Shown piece after piece: positions 12,565 through 24,689 of a stretch of DNA of 64,000 nucleotides. Under the pieces are notes generated by a model, which was given only the letters and a program-made list of their open reading frames with translations, had not been told where the DNA came from and ran no database searches. Position 1 is the first letter of the stretch, and each line of letters begins with the position of its first letter. Source of the stretch: Adineta vaga (taxonomy: Eukaryota > Animalia > Rotifera); assembly GCA_021613535.1 (NCBI GenBank), contig CP075496.1, positions 930,001 to 994,000 of the forward strand, read 5' to 3'. The position numbers and the translations under genes were made by a program.

Positions 12565-14700
12565 TGTTTGACCAATAGCATTCAACATAGAGATAGATCA
12601 ATTCTCTGCTTTGATCAATAGGAAATAGGAGGAAGAGGAATAGTATTGTCTGATGGCGTTGATAACAATGCTCATGAGTTGGTCCCTATTTTACATTGAA
12701 ATATATTAGTGTCAAATTGACGAATCGATTTTATTATCAAACATTGAGACAAGTACATAAATTGATTGACAGATTGTATTTAAAAAATACCATGGCCGAA
12801 GAACTTGATTCATCTTTAACACCATCAGTAAGAACTTTTAGTTTTTTGTACCTACAGTGGTTCAGAAAAATGTTTGATGAAATATTAGTGATAGAATAAA
12901 CAGACTTTGAATAATATTTCGAATATGAAATATTCTGTTGAATGTTTACAGTAAGAAATTCATAGAGACAGATTCCGTTTTATAAATGGTAGAATTCAGT
13001 CCTAAATTGTAAGGATAGAATCCACCAACGGAAATAAATATCGTTTTGTCGATTAGATAGAGCAAAAAGCTTCTGTTTTTGGTTCAAAGGTCTTATTGTT
13101 TTTTTAGTCAAAATTTCTTTCCACAATTTACTTTGTATTAGCTCATGACGTATTTTTAAGATAATATAATATGCATTTGTTTTCGTCAAAAATTGCGCGA
13201 ATTTACATGTTTAAAATATTTTGTGATAATATCTATATTTATCGTAGGATCAATCAATCTCGTTTAAGTTTGTTCATATTTTCGATTTTTCGTTTCACTT
13301 AACATGACTAATTCAGATCTGTAATACATTCATTCACAATAACGTACTCAACAAGCATTCATAGTTAACATATCTGCGGTGATTAGACATCTTCAAGTAA
13401 AGGTACTAAAAAGATCTTATGTGATCGCACCATAGTATTAACTTGAAGAAGAAAGGCTATATGTATTTACAAACAGTCGGACAAATAGAATATATAACAT
13501 ATAGTTTTTGATAATAGAAATATACAAATATGTGCTTGTAATAATCTTCTGCATCTTCAATCATGCGTCCTATTATAAAGCGCTCGACATGCAAACGAAA
13601 GTACTCTGTACTATTGAAGATAAAATAGATCAATACAAACATTTTGGGGATGTCTTTTATCTATCTCAGCAATAGTTATCAACTCTCACTCATATGTAAA
13701 TGCATTTTGACGCGCATGTATTAGGATAATATAGAGCTGAGTAAATTGGGTTTCAATGAATCTCCCTTGTATCCCTCTACCTTCTCTGATTAACTGATAT
13801 TTTATTCATTTTTCTGTTGCTTACCTGAGGATTTATATTTGTTTATGTTTTAGGATCAACGAAAAATCATGGCGAATACATTTCATGAAATATTTAGTGA
13901 TTTCAGTGAATTGGTGAACAAGGATATAAAAACATTTTCAAATAGTGGTCTAAATGTTAACGAATTGAAAGGAAAAATTAAAGCACATGCTGCAAATTTG
14001 ATAAAAGAAGTAGAAAAACTATGAACACATTCATTTTAAATTTTGTTACATTTTGTCTTTTTCTCTTTGTTATATTTCCATTGTATTCTATAATAAACAT
14101 TCTGATTTTGATCAAACACTCACAAAGTTTTTAAGTATATTTTTCTGTCACATATTTATTTTCATGATGTTTCCACTTTTTAATGTTATTAAACTTACAT
14201 AAAGTAGATTGACTTTGAACAAATCTGGAAATATGGTGACATTCTCTTAAATGAGATAAAATCCAAATAAAATAATAAAAAGAGAATTTCATTTGAATGA
14301 AGAAATAATTAATTGCTTTAATATTTTAATTGAAAGCAAAAAACATTGTATTTACAGATAGTTTCAATCAAGCTATTTGATTTCTTCGGATGCATAAATA
14401 AGAAAAAGCTTGGAGAATCGGCGGAAAAGTTGTTTTCAATTTTGACACTTGCTTTTCTCAATTAATTAATTTGAAAATCAAGATTCATGAATAAAATGTA
14501 GAAAAGTTTTAAATGAACGTTTATGATCAGTGGAGGTAGTAAAAGTTGAAATCATCTGAGAAGAAGAAAAGAAGAAAGAAAGCATTATTCATGTTGCACA
14601 AAGTGCTATTTAACCAATGGCATTCGACAACGAGTTAGGTCGATTCTATGCTTTGATCAATAGAGAATAGGAGAAAGAGGAATAGTATTGTCTGATGCCA
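12565..14700. repeat. ~2.1-kb segmental duplication, inverted copy at ~36360-38490
   Basis: Near-identical reverse complement; ORF-track peptides 12696/38158, 12980/37868 and 13457/37413 are almost identical. Confidence 0.95.
12792..14024 (+). CDS. Short 'MAEE' family gene (12-codon exon + 56-aa helical exon, 68 aa)
   Basis: Exon 12792-12827 MAEELDSSLTPS|GTAAG; phase-0 exon 13854-14024 DQRKIMANTF...ELKGKIKAHAANLIKEVEKL*. The same pairing recurs three more times. Confidence 0.55.
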
Positions 14701-15642
14701 TTCTGTACAATGCTCATGAGTCGTTACTTATTTTGCTTCAAAGTTCACTAGTCTACGATTTCTCGTTCATTACAAGCAAAACAAAAGAAGAATGGCGCAA
14801 GAATCTGGATCATCATTGTCTGTAAGAAATGTTGTTTTTGTGAACATGCATAATTTTCTCTTAAGAAAACTTCCCTTATTTGTGATTTAGTTGAAATAAA
14901 TAAAATCGAAAACATATACATTTCTAATGAAACATCACGGCGAATATGTCTACGATGAGTCGTCTTTAGAAACACTTCAATACTTCGTGATTTTCGTAAT
15001 ATATGGTACGACTGAGCGATAACCATAATGTCAATTGCATTTGAGCAGAACCAGATATGTAATCGTATTTATAAAACCAAATTATCTTCTTAACATTTAT
15101 AGTTTAAGTGCGTACGTGTGCGGATTATTTATCTCGCGAAACAATTTTCTGTATGAGAAATGAGATTTTAAGACAAGAATGATCTAGATGGATGATATAG
15201 ATGGAGAAAAGACTTCTTCACTTTCACTCATACCATCATCCATCAAATTCTTCTTACATACTACTTCACCTTCAACATTAAATCGAAATATTCGTTGTAT
15301 TTATAACTACGTACGTCTGTTCTCTCTTTATATGTGTTTATATACTTGTAGCAAAATATTTAGAAGTTTAGAATTATTTAGTTCGTTTGTCTTCGCATCG
15401 AATTTATTTCCTTGTTAAAGAATAATTTCCTTTTTCAGTTCGTCAGTTACATTCATGTTGTTAGATACATCAATCAAACTAGTAAAAATTTCACGTGTTA
15501 TAATTCGAAAATTTAGGAAATCTTACATAGAATTCGTGAAAAGGATATTGAAATTGATCGACAGTTAAACAAGTTAAAAATCAATCTAAATATGAATGTT
15601 GAATGATTTGATAATAATGAATTATATTTTTTATCATTTTAG

Positions 15643-15813
15643 ACCAATAACATCGAAAAAGTTTTGAATTACATCGAAGTATCAAATGAATTACATGAAA
15701 AAATAAATAAACAAATATCAGATTTTAAGAAAAACAAAATCAATGAACTGACATTGAAAGCAAATATCAATAAATTACAAATGGAATCTATGGAAACATT
15801 CAAGAAAATATGA
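15643..15813 (+). CDS. 56-aa helical terminal exon, paralogue (upstream exon(s) probably from 15188)
   Basis: TTTTAG acceptor, TNNIEKVLNY...SDFKKNKINELTLKANI...FKKI*; same length and F28/L38-K39 register as the other copies. Confidence 0.55.
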   Translation, partial: TNNIEKVLNYIEVSNELHEKINKQISDFKKNKINELTLKANINKLQMESMETFKKI

Positions 15814-16336
15814 CATTTTCTCTCATAATTTCTTTTTTCTTATGCTATCATTCGATTTTGATTGTCGACATCACTTGTATTTCTACAAACTAAAGAGTTT
15901 TTTATCTATTAGATTATTCATATAAAAAAGATTGCTCGATCATCGTATCAATATGTTCATAACATGACGATAAACATGAATACTTTTACAAAGAAAATCT
16001 AATTAAACTATTTATTTGTTTGTTATATACCACCTGATTAATTTAACGTTTTATCCATGATGAACAAAAGAAACCGTATGCATAAAATAAGTATATATTC
16101 AAAAAATAGACCTTTCAATCTATATCAAATAAATATCATTTTGACTGAATCAGTGGAAAAAAATTTATACGTTTAATAATGAGTTCAACAAACTCCAATC
16201 GTCCGAGACATCGTACATCATCTTTCGATTAAATAGTATCGTTATCAAGTTGAGATCATTCTAAATGATACAATTGTTAGTTTTCATTATTGTTCAGCAT
16301 TTTATTTTCTGTCAGAAGCCCCTATAGTGTCTACTT

Positions 16337-16903
16337 TTATTCCTCATTTTTTGATACAACAATCGAACTCGATTCTATTCGACTATCAGACAAAAGTTTC
16401 TGCAATGCCAATTGTTTATCATGATCAACTTCCATCAACTGTTGTCTTTGCTGCTGCTGTTGATTTGATTTCTTTTTCTTGTTCTTAAATAATACTTCAG
16501 GTGTTGTTGGTTGGCTTTGATTCATCGATGCTGCATTCATTTGAAGTAATTGTTCAATGCAATAATTCACAAGATACTTTTTACATTGTCGAATACTTCC
16601 ACCAACATGAAGTGTTTGAATCGAACAATCGTTCGAATCATTTGCTAATCGACAAACGAATGTTGCTGCTATTTTTAATAGATGTTTATCATCACGCAGA
16701 CATCGAACAATTGCAACATGTGTTGATGAATTATAATAAATAACAGAAAGATTTCTTATAAAATGAGCAACACCAACATCACCATATAATCGAGCAATCA
16801 TTGATTCTATTGTTGAATGAATTTGTGATGATTTAATCACACTTGTTGGAGTTGAATGAAAATGAAATTGAAAAACAAAATAACGACGTTTGACACGAAC
16901 CAT
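16337..16903 (-). CDS. POP5: RNase P/MRP subunit POP5, copy 1
   Basis: MVRVKRRY..., LYGDVG, IVRC, TLHVGGSIRQCKK: Rpp14/Pop5 family motifs. Confidence 0.9.
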   Translation of the reverse strand: MVRVKRRYFVFQFHFHSTPTSVIKSSQIHSTIESMIARLYGDVGVAHFIRNLSVIYYNSSTHVAIVRCLRDDKHLLKIAATFVCRLANDSNDCSIQTLHVGGSIRQCKKYLVNYCIEQLLQMNAASMNQSQPTTPEVLFKNKKKKSNQQQQQRQQLMEVDHDKQLALQKLLSDSRIESSSIVVSKNEE

Positions 16904-16955
16904 TCTATCTCTATTTTAATATACAATACAATCTAGAAAACTAGGAAAAAATAAA

Positions 16956-17596
16956 CTAATGATCATCTTTATGTTCTAAACGTTGATATTCTTCTCGAAT
17001 CTTTTTAATTCGTTCCTTTTCCTTTTCAGGATTTATATAATAAGGTCTTCGAACAGGTTTTCTCAAAACACCCGTTTCACGATATTGTGTTCGTTCATCC
17101 AAATACATTTGTGTACATTCTTCACGAAACTCTGGATGATGAAACCTTCAGAAAGATATAAATATATAGAATTTATATATAATTCACTTACCATTTCATC
17201 AAACATTCATTCATTGCTTTGACTTCTTTTCGACATTTGATAAATGACCATGCACCATGTTGCTCACCACATTTACCAAATTCTAAATAAATATAGAGTC
17301 ATTGAGATATCTTCTTCTTTCTCTTGATTAATCTCACCGTTAATAAAATCATGACATTTTTCTCGATGTGCACGTTCTCGAATGATACCAGGTATACAAA
17401 CTTCTATTTCAACTTTCCGTAAACTTTTGTCACTTGGATCACCTACATAGGAATATAAGTTAAAAAGAAATGAAGCATTCATCAAATTAAAATTCATCTA
17501 ACCAACACCATGAGGACCACCTCGATATCGACCAGCAGATACAAAATTCTCTGAAAAGATTTCTGTTTCTTGATCTGTATTTGTATGACTACTCAT
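16956..17596 (-). CDS. CMC1: COX assembly mitochondrial protein CMC1 (twin CX9C), copy 1, 4 exons
   Basis: GDPSDKSLRKVEIEVCIPGIIRERAHREKCHDFINEFGKC...KCRKEVKAMNECL...EECTQMYLDERTQYRETG. Confidence 0.9.
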
Positions 17597-17724
17597 ATCT
17601 GAAATAACTTTCATATTTCTTCCATTATCTATATAGAAATCTTTGTTTTTTTCTTTATTATTGATTTTTTTCAAATAACAAACAACATTTACAGAAAGAC
17701 AAAAAAAGAATAATTATCATCCAT

Positions 17725-18178
17725 TTAGAGTTCTTCATGTTTTGATAAATATTGACGAAGAACAGTCAACATTTCTTTTTTGATTGAATCAGGAACAAGT
17801 GCTAAATGTATATATATGAAACATAATTCGATATGAATGTGAAAGTAGAAGAAATACTTACTACGGCCTTTTGGCGTTATTTCTTGAACAAGTTCATCAA
17901 CTGTAATATTTTCGAGACCTTTTTGTTTAACAATATCTAAAGAAACAGAAATTATATCATATCGAATTGTACTTTATTTCTTACCTTTACAATAAGCTTT
18001 CATTTGATCTCTCCATCCATATTCCATCAATCTTTGTCTTAATAATTGTTTCATTCTATTGATAGAAAACAAATTCAAATCAAAAATTGAACGAGTAAAT
18101 CTATTACCGTTCTCTTTCACCACTTTCGATTAATTTGGCATTTAGCGATGCTCGAATTTGTGCATTTCGATCAGCCAT
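17725..18178 (-). CDS. ENY2: Transcription/mRNA export factor ENY2 (Sus1), copy 1, 4 exons
   Basis: [67 protein letters not shown]. Confidence 0.93.
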
Positions 18179-18309
18179 TTTAGTTATCAAATTAGAAATG
18201 ATCTAAAAAAAGAAATGAAGAACTAAACTGGTCTTCGTAACAGATAAATACACGATGAAAAGAAAAAGGAGAAAAGAATCGACTCTTTTTTTAATTGAAG
18301 GATATTGGA

Positions 18310-18378
18310 TTAATAAAACGGTAAACGAGTCCAATTTTGATAACGATTAAAGAATGGTCTTACATCCCAATTATTTTT
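18310..18378 (-). pseudogene. NDUFA10 C-terminal fragment
   Basis: NNWDVRPFFNRYQNWTRLPFY* versus NNWDIKPFFFRHQSWTRLPFY* at the end of the full gene. Confidence 0.8.
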
Positions 18379-18945
18379 TGATTCGGTAATATTTGGAGAA
18401 ATTTCATTCATTACTACACGCAATGATCCTACATAAATAACAATTAGGAATTCTGCAGACGTTTTCATCATAAAACTAGGAATACGTTTTGATATTATGT
18501 TCATCAATTATATTTTGTGATGTTTCAGTTGAAATTAATATAGAATTTTTTACACGATTTGTAATCATGGATTTAAGCAACTCGGTCCTATTGGGACGAA
18601 AGATGTCATTAGTTCAAGCACGATTCAATATATTTTTAATTTTCTATGTTTCTTTTTCTGTGTTCATTTCACACGTATACTTATCGATATGTATGTCTGT
18701 ACATCTATTGGACATTCAAGTTAAATTCATCCAGTTGATTTCCTTTTTTCAACAAATGATACTATTCTCATGTTCCATTGATATCGATCAATATTCACTC
18801 AGTATAAAATAGAAATGTTCTTTTAGATCAATACCAACTAGTATTCATACTGTCTTTGATTCTTTGCTCGTGTTTAAGAAATGTAAGATAAAATAATGTA
18901 GACACGTTTCATTTTAAGTTATTTATGTTTAGTCGTTGAAAATAC

Positions 18946-19839
18946 ATGGCAAGATTGATTGATGCCGTGGTGAATAAATGTATAAAAGAATTATCGTCTA
19001 AACATTTACCTATGGATTTTATATTTTTGCAATTTACTAAGAGAAAATGAATTCTAAATCTCATAATTTAATTGTCTGAAAAATAACCTAATGTATGACG
19101 TAATGTACTATGTTCTTCTTTCTTTTCTGTACGCTATACACACCTGTATAAGATACATAAAGTGCCGTTATAGCAACGCACCATCTATTTATCCTGTTCT
19201 TCTTCTTTGATATTTTACTGTTCTATTTCTCTTCTTTTATCTATTCCCAGGTCTAAGAAAACAGCCCCTTAAACTACTTTAAACGATGGGAAAACGTCGA
19301 AAACCGGCACCAATACGCTACCGCAATCCGGAGTGACGAATTACGGTGAAATACGGTCAAAATTAAGGCGGTAAATTGCTATTTTCTAACCGTTTTCGGT
19401 CGTTTAAGGTGTCGTTTCCGACCTCCCGAATGATCGTCCTATGGGGAGTGATTCTGATTGCAGATTAAAACTTCAAATAATAGTGGAACAATCGCAAGTA
19501 TGTCAACATAGTCAGAAGTTGAGTAAATTGTTCACAATAGTTAACAATGTTAGGGAAATATATTTGAAAACAATGAAGTCATTTTCTACTTGGACATAAC
19601 GACATAAAGCACTTGTTCTTTATTTAAGAGTCAAATATATGAACTGATATGAAAAATTTTTATTTTAGGATCAAAGAAAACAAATTGGGTATACATATTT
19701 CAACCTGATTACTCAACTTTAATCCAGTGTAGCACACCATGTAACAGCATTTACAGACGGTCAAATAAGTCATCCAGAATTAAAAAGTGCTTTAGTTTCA
19801 TCATACAAAAGTCAAATTGAAAAGATCAAAAATCTTTAA
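18946..19839 (+). pseudogene. Unknown-family pseudogene: exon 1 plus 56-codon terminal exon, middle lost
   Basis: Exon 1 MARLIDAVVNK...DFIFLQF with donor reading CTAAG instead of GTAAG; MITE at 19246; terminal exon 19669-19839 has an internal TAA. Confidence 0.6.
19246..19445 (+). mobile_element. CCCAGG-ended MITE, internally deleted/degenerate copy
   Basis: GC-richer island starting CCCAGGTC; reverse complement of 20727-20998 minus an internal segment. Confidence 0.75.
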
Positions 19840-20509
19840 TCATCTTGCTGTTGGTCAACATATCACATTTATGTCAATTCTATATGAATTTTAAACACTT
19901 GATTAACTTTTATTGATTCTATCTTCAGATACATGTATTGATCTCATCATCTTCTCTATTTTCATATCATTCTTCTGTTTCACTATATTGTACTCTATTC
20001 ACTTCATTATAGTCATCTTGAGGGTGTGGGTGTTAGTATTACATCTATCTAACACCCACGAGTTTTGAAGAGTATAAAAAGTAATTAGCTAATTAGCTAA
20101 TTAGTCATGAGTAGTTGAGCAAAACTAACATCGGACTTGAGATCCTTGATCCCGGAAACCTGAAGGTTACATTTTTCTCGCTAACCAGATCAGTTTTTGC
20201 CAGTTTACTGAATGCTGAATTCCGATTGGATAGGACAGACAAACTTTTTGCATTTCAAGCCGATGATTTTAACGCTGTATAACCCTTTCTTTCAGAAAAG
20301 AGAATAGAAATTTGGATCCATTCTCACTCTCATTCACATCCTTGTATGTATTTAACCCAGTGTGTTATATATGAATAATTCTACACATTCGCTCCACATG
20401 TCATATGTTCATCTAAAGAAAAAACAAAAAAAATGGTTTTTCTTCTGTTTCTTGTTCTTCAGTCAAAAGACTATAGTGTTCAAAAGATTAATCACATTTC
20501 TTTTTTTTA

Positions 20510-21062
20510 TCAGTGGTTCAAAATGGAAACAAGTACTAAAACGTGTCTATCCGAATGAATCATTTTTAACTTGTTTTTTTTTGTTATTTCCATGATATCA
20601 GCAACACCATCAATCAGTTCTTCTAAAAGACCTTTTTTAGGAGGTTTATTCAGATATGCCACGTGACCTTGTCGACCTGCCACTATCATTTTCAAATGTT
20701 TGGAACTTAAAATATAAACAAAATTACCCAGGACAATCATTCCGGTGGTCGGAAACGGCGCCTAAAACGACCGCAAACGGTTAGAAAACAGCAATTTACT
20801 GCCTTGGTTTTGACCGTATTTCGCCGTAATTCGGCACTTCGGACTACGATCGCCGTTTTTTGCTGTGAAACGACCACCTTTTTACATCGTATTTCTATAC
20901 ATTTCTGGGTTAACGGATTATGGTGGCGTATTAGTGCCGGTTTTCACCGTTTTTCCATCGTTTAAGGCAGTTTACGACGTCGTTTTCTTCGACCTGGGAT
21001 GTTTTGTTTAACATCTTTCCAAATTCATAACCATGCAGCTATTTTGGAACGTTAGCAGCCAT
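20510..21062 (-). pseudogene. Unknown ORF interrupted by a MITE
   Basis: MAANVPK*LHGYEFGKMLNKNI|NFVYILSSKHLKMIVAGRQGH...; removing 20727-20998 rejoins the frame; early TAG present. Confidence 0.4.
20727..20998 (-). mobile_element. CCCAGG...CCTGGG MITE (272 bp)
   Basis: Terminal inverted repeats CCCAGG/CCTGGG, non-coding GC-richer interior, second copy at 19246. Confidence 0.85.
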
Positions 21063-21466
21063 CTAAAAGATGAAATGAAATGCCTTGTACACAATATAAT
21101 TGAGATTTAACAGAATGGATTTCAAACATTGCAGAAATTAGTCATTTTCATTTACATATTTTTTTAAAGTTTTGCTCTAACTCTAAATAAATTTCTTTGT
21201 CGATAGGATAGAAATGTTGATTCACTTACGTTAGATGGATTTCCTCATTATAATCAATTCGTATCTAAACCTTTTCGTACAGTTTATTTAATTTTTCAAA
21301 AGACTAATAATTTTTAAAAAAGGCAACCACGCCTTCAAATTTATTTTTGCAGAAAAAGAGGAAAAAAGTCGATTAAGGAGATAATCCAATAATAAATTGT
21401 TCAATGAAATTATCTGACAACAAAGTAAAATAGTTGACTAGATCGATATGTAAATATAAGACACGA

Positions 21467-23082
21467 TCAAATTGTTGTAAATTGTACACGTATTTGTCGA
21501 TTTTCATTCACTTGAACTTGTTTGATTGTTCGACCTTGTTCACCATCTAAATTCAATGCTGATGTTCGTTCAACATTTGTACATATCATTTGAATTTGTT
21601 CAGTTCTATTTGTAAGAAGATTCCAAAGACCTTTCAATCGATCAGGTAACAAAGGTCCACCATCAATTGTTAACATTGTATTCGATTGAAAATGAACATT
21701 TAAATATTTTAATGATGAATGAAGAAATGGACGTGGTGAAATCAATGTCGGTGGAATACCTGCTAATGTACCCGTCAATGCCATACATGTTCGTTGAGAT
21801 TTATTTAGAAGAAAATTAAATAAACTATTTACAGATGATAAATCTCGAATAAGAATTGTTGTTGAACGTGTTTTATCATTTGAAGATTTCTTCTTTGTCG
21901 ATGTACAACGTCGATCATTATTGGCAGTTGTTGATGATGTGGCTGATAAACCCATATCTTCTAACCATTGAGCACATTCAGCATCATTTTCTTCAGCATT
22001 TACATCATCTTCTTCTTCATCATTATTTTTATTTAATGAATCATCACCACTAAAATATAGAAAATAGATTATGTTTGTTGTTTTTATTCATCTAACGAAT
22101 GTGAACATACTCCGCCATTGTAAATTCGATTCCTTCGCGTTCTAATGTTGATCTTAGACCACTTGTTGTTGGACTAATAACTGCAAGAATTTGTTGTGAA
22201 GAAGGATCTTCTCGAAATAAGATGTTGAATGTATGTGTACACATATAGAAAAATGTCGAATATTTCGTTCGAAATGCTTGAAAAAGTGATTGAAATGCAC
22301 TTTTCCATTCATCTTGTAAGGCTATTTGTGCTTGTTCATCTAACGAGGAAAAATTTACATTAGTTTGTTGTTGCTGTTGTATACGTGGAAATAATTTTAA
22401 CCAAGGAATGTGTGGATAGGTCCAATAAGATGTTAATGAACGGAAAAGTGCTTTATCATTATCTTGATTTATATTGGAACAAATGTATTCCAATGCAAGT
22501 GATTCATCAGTTGAACGAAGTTTCATAAAATGATTTAAGAATTCCGATGAGGAATTTAATGAATGAAATCGACAGGAGGATTTCAATGACCAATCAATTG
22601 GAAATGTATCAAAAATTTCATCAGAAATTTTATCTAAATGTTAATTTTAAAATAGAAAATTCTAGAAAGAAAAAGATTAATTTACTTGATTCGACTGGAC
22701 TAAATGCTTCGTCAAATGAAAAACTTTTCATTGTTGATTGAAAATGAAGATCATTTGATACGTTTGTTGATGGTGGTGGCATAATTTGATGAAGTTTAGC
22801 GAGAAGATGTTCATCATTTGACTTTTCTGATGTTGTTGTTGTGAGAAGATTTGGTGTCAGATTTTCATCTGCTGTTGGTGTGGAAATAGAACGTGCTAAA
22901 GCAAATTTATTAATCATCGGACGATTTCGTTTAGCATTGAGTTTTTGAGGATTTTTCTCATTTGTTGATGACGAAGGTGTTTGAAGAGATAAATCCGAAT
23001 TAATTTTATGACGAATACGTTTTAACGATATTCGTGATGGAACTTTCCATGGCGAAAGTGGTTTTCCGCCGTTGAAATCCAT
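21467..23082 (-). CDS. DONSON: Downstream neighbour of SON (DONSON/humpty dumpty), 3 exons
   Basis: PIDWSLKS, YWTYPHIPWLKLFPRI, FYMCTHTFNILFR, ISPTTSGLRSTLEREGIEF, GIPPTLISPRPF. Confidence 0.92.
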
Positions 23083-23467
23083 GATTTTTAATGGATAATT
23101 GTCGTTTTTTTCACTTCACTATTCATCAGCTGTTGTGTTATAAGAGAAGAGAATAAACCGAAGATTTCCGATTGGTTCATTTCATTTCTCCAATCGAATA
23201 AATTCAAATATTTTTCGGAAAAAAACTCTATTCCTTTTTAAATCAAATCCAAGATATTTTCCCGAAAATTTCAAACTCAAATTCATAGATAAAAATACTT
23301 CCATATTTATATAATACGACATGGTAAACAATGGATTGTTGTAGAGGATCCATTTGTTGTTTTTTTTTCAATTCATTCTTGTATTTAGTTTAGTTGATAG
23401 AGAGATACTAACGAAAATTGATGCTATATAATTTTAGATTGTTTGACTAACTTATTTTCTGTCAACA

Positions 23468-24328
23468 ATGAGTACCGGTACTAAGATCGTGAAAAGTGGT
23501 AGTGAACCACCAACAGCACTTGAACTCGATGTTTCACAAGTAGAAAAATATGGATAAAAATCATGTTGAAATCAATATTCTGTTATTTATTTTAGCAATT
23601 TACTGAACTCGAAGGTCATGCACAATTCAAAGGTCAATTACGAGAACTTTATATCACTGGAGCAAAGGTTTGTTTATATTAATTGAAGAAAATACAAAAT
23701 AAGATTTTGATTGTTTTTTTCTTGGTTTTAGAGAGTTGAATTGGGCGATGGACGAGCAGCTCTTGTTATTTATATTCCAGTGCCAAAAGTAAAAAACTTT
23801 CAACGAGTTCATTCATTACTTGTTTCGGAATTGGAAAAGAAATACAATCAAACTGTAGTTCTTCTTGGACAAGTTAGTTTTCATTCATTTCATAGTTAGT
23901 TTCTAATTAATAGTTTTATTTTAGCGTCGAATTTTACCAAAACCAACACGTAAATCCAAAACACAATCGAAACAAAAACGACCACGAAAGTATGTCATTT
24001 CATTGATATGTTAATCACTAAGACGAAAGTCTTTCTATTCTAGCCGAACATTGACTGCAGTTCACGATGCTATTTTACATGATCTTGTTTATCCAGCTGA
24101 AATTACAGGCAAACGTATTCGAATTAAATTAGATGGATCTCGTTTATTCAAGGTTCATCTTGATAAAAATCAACAAACACTTGTTGAAAATAAGGTTCGT
24201 TCTTCTTTTTTCTTTAAAGAAAGATTTCACTTCTATTGGTTCTCTTATAGGTACCAGCTTTTCAATCCATTTATAAGAAACTTACCGGCAAAGATGTTCA
24301 CTTCGAATTTCCTGAAGTGCTCGTCTAA
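23468..24328 (+). CDS. RPS7: 40S ribosomal protein S7 (eS7), multi-exon
   Basis: [10 protein letters not shown]...[64 protein letters not shown]. Confidence 0.97.
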
Positions 24329-24689
24329 TTAGACAAAAAAAACAAAAGAAGAAAATGATTTCGATAAGCAACAGTTTCTAATGCTTGTTGTTTGTTTTTG
24401 TTGTCCATCATTTGTTAATTAAAGAGAAAAAAAACATCAACAATAAAAAAAAACACAAAGAAACATCAAGGAGATTATTGCTTTAAATTTTCAAAAGATA
24501 GTGAGAGAATATCTGTTTGATAGATCGTGAACTTTTCGTCGATGTATAGAATATGTTCATTTTATTTCCAACAGAAAAAAAATCGAGACAATTAGAAGAA
24601 ACAAAAAAAGCAAACAAAGATAAAGAACATCAGATGAAGATGAAAGAAAGATTTCTTTTTACACAATAAATCACATAAATATATTGAAT

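Larger units (their letters stand above)
16345..19245. repeat. Inverted segmental duplication; 16345-~17760 matches ~28920-30378, ~17725-19245 matches ~39658-41180
   Basis: Direct comparison of reverse complements, including introns and intergenic DNA. Confidence 0.9.

Noticed and set aside
12980-13642. ORFs conserved between 13 kb and 37-38 kb
   Set aside because: Conservation reflects the recent DNA duplication; they lie in the inferred intron and lack protein-like features.
16501-16743. Antisense ORFs over POP5 and CMC1 (also 29978, 34559, 16983, 29499)
   Set aside because: Shadow frames of real genes.
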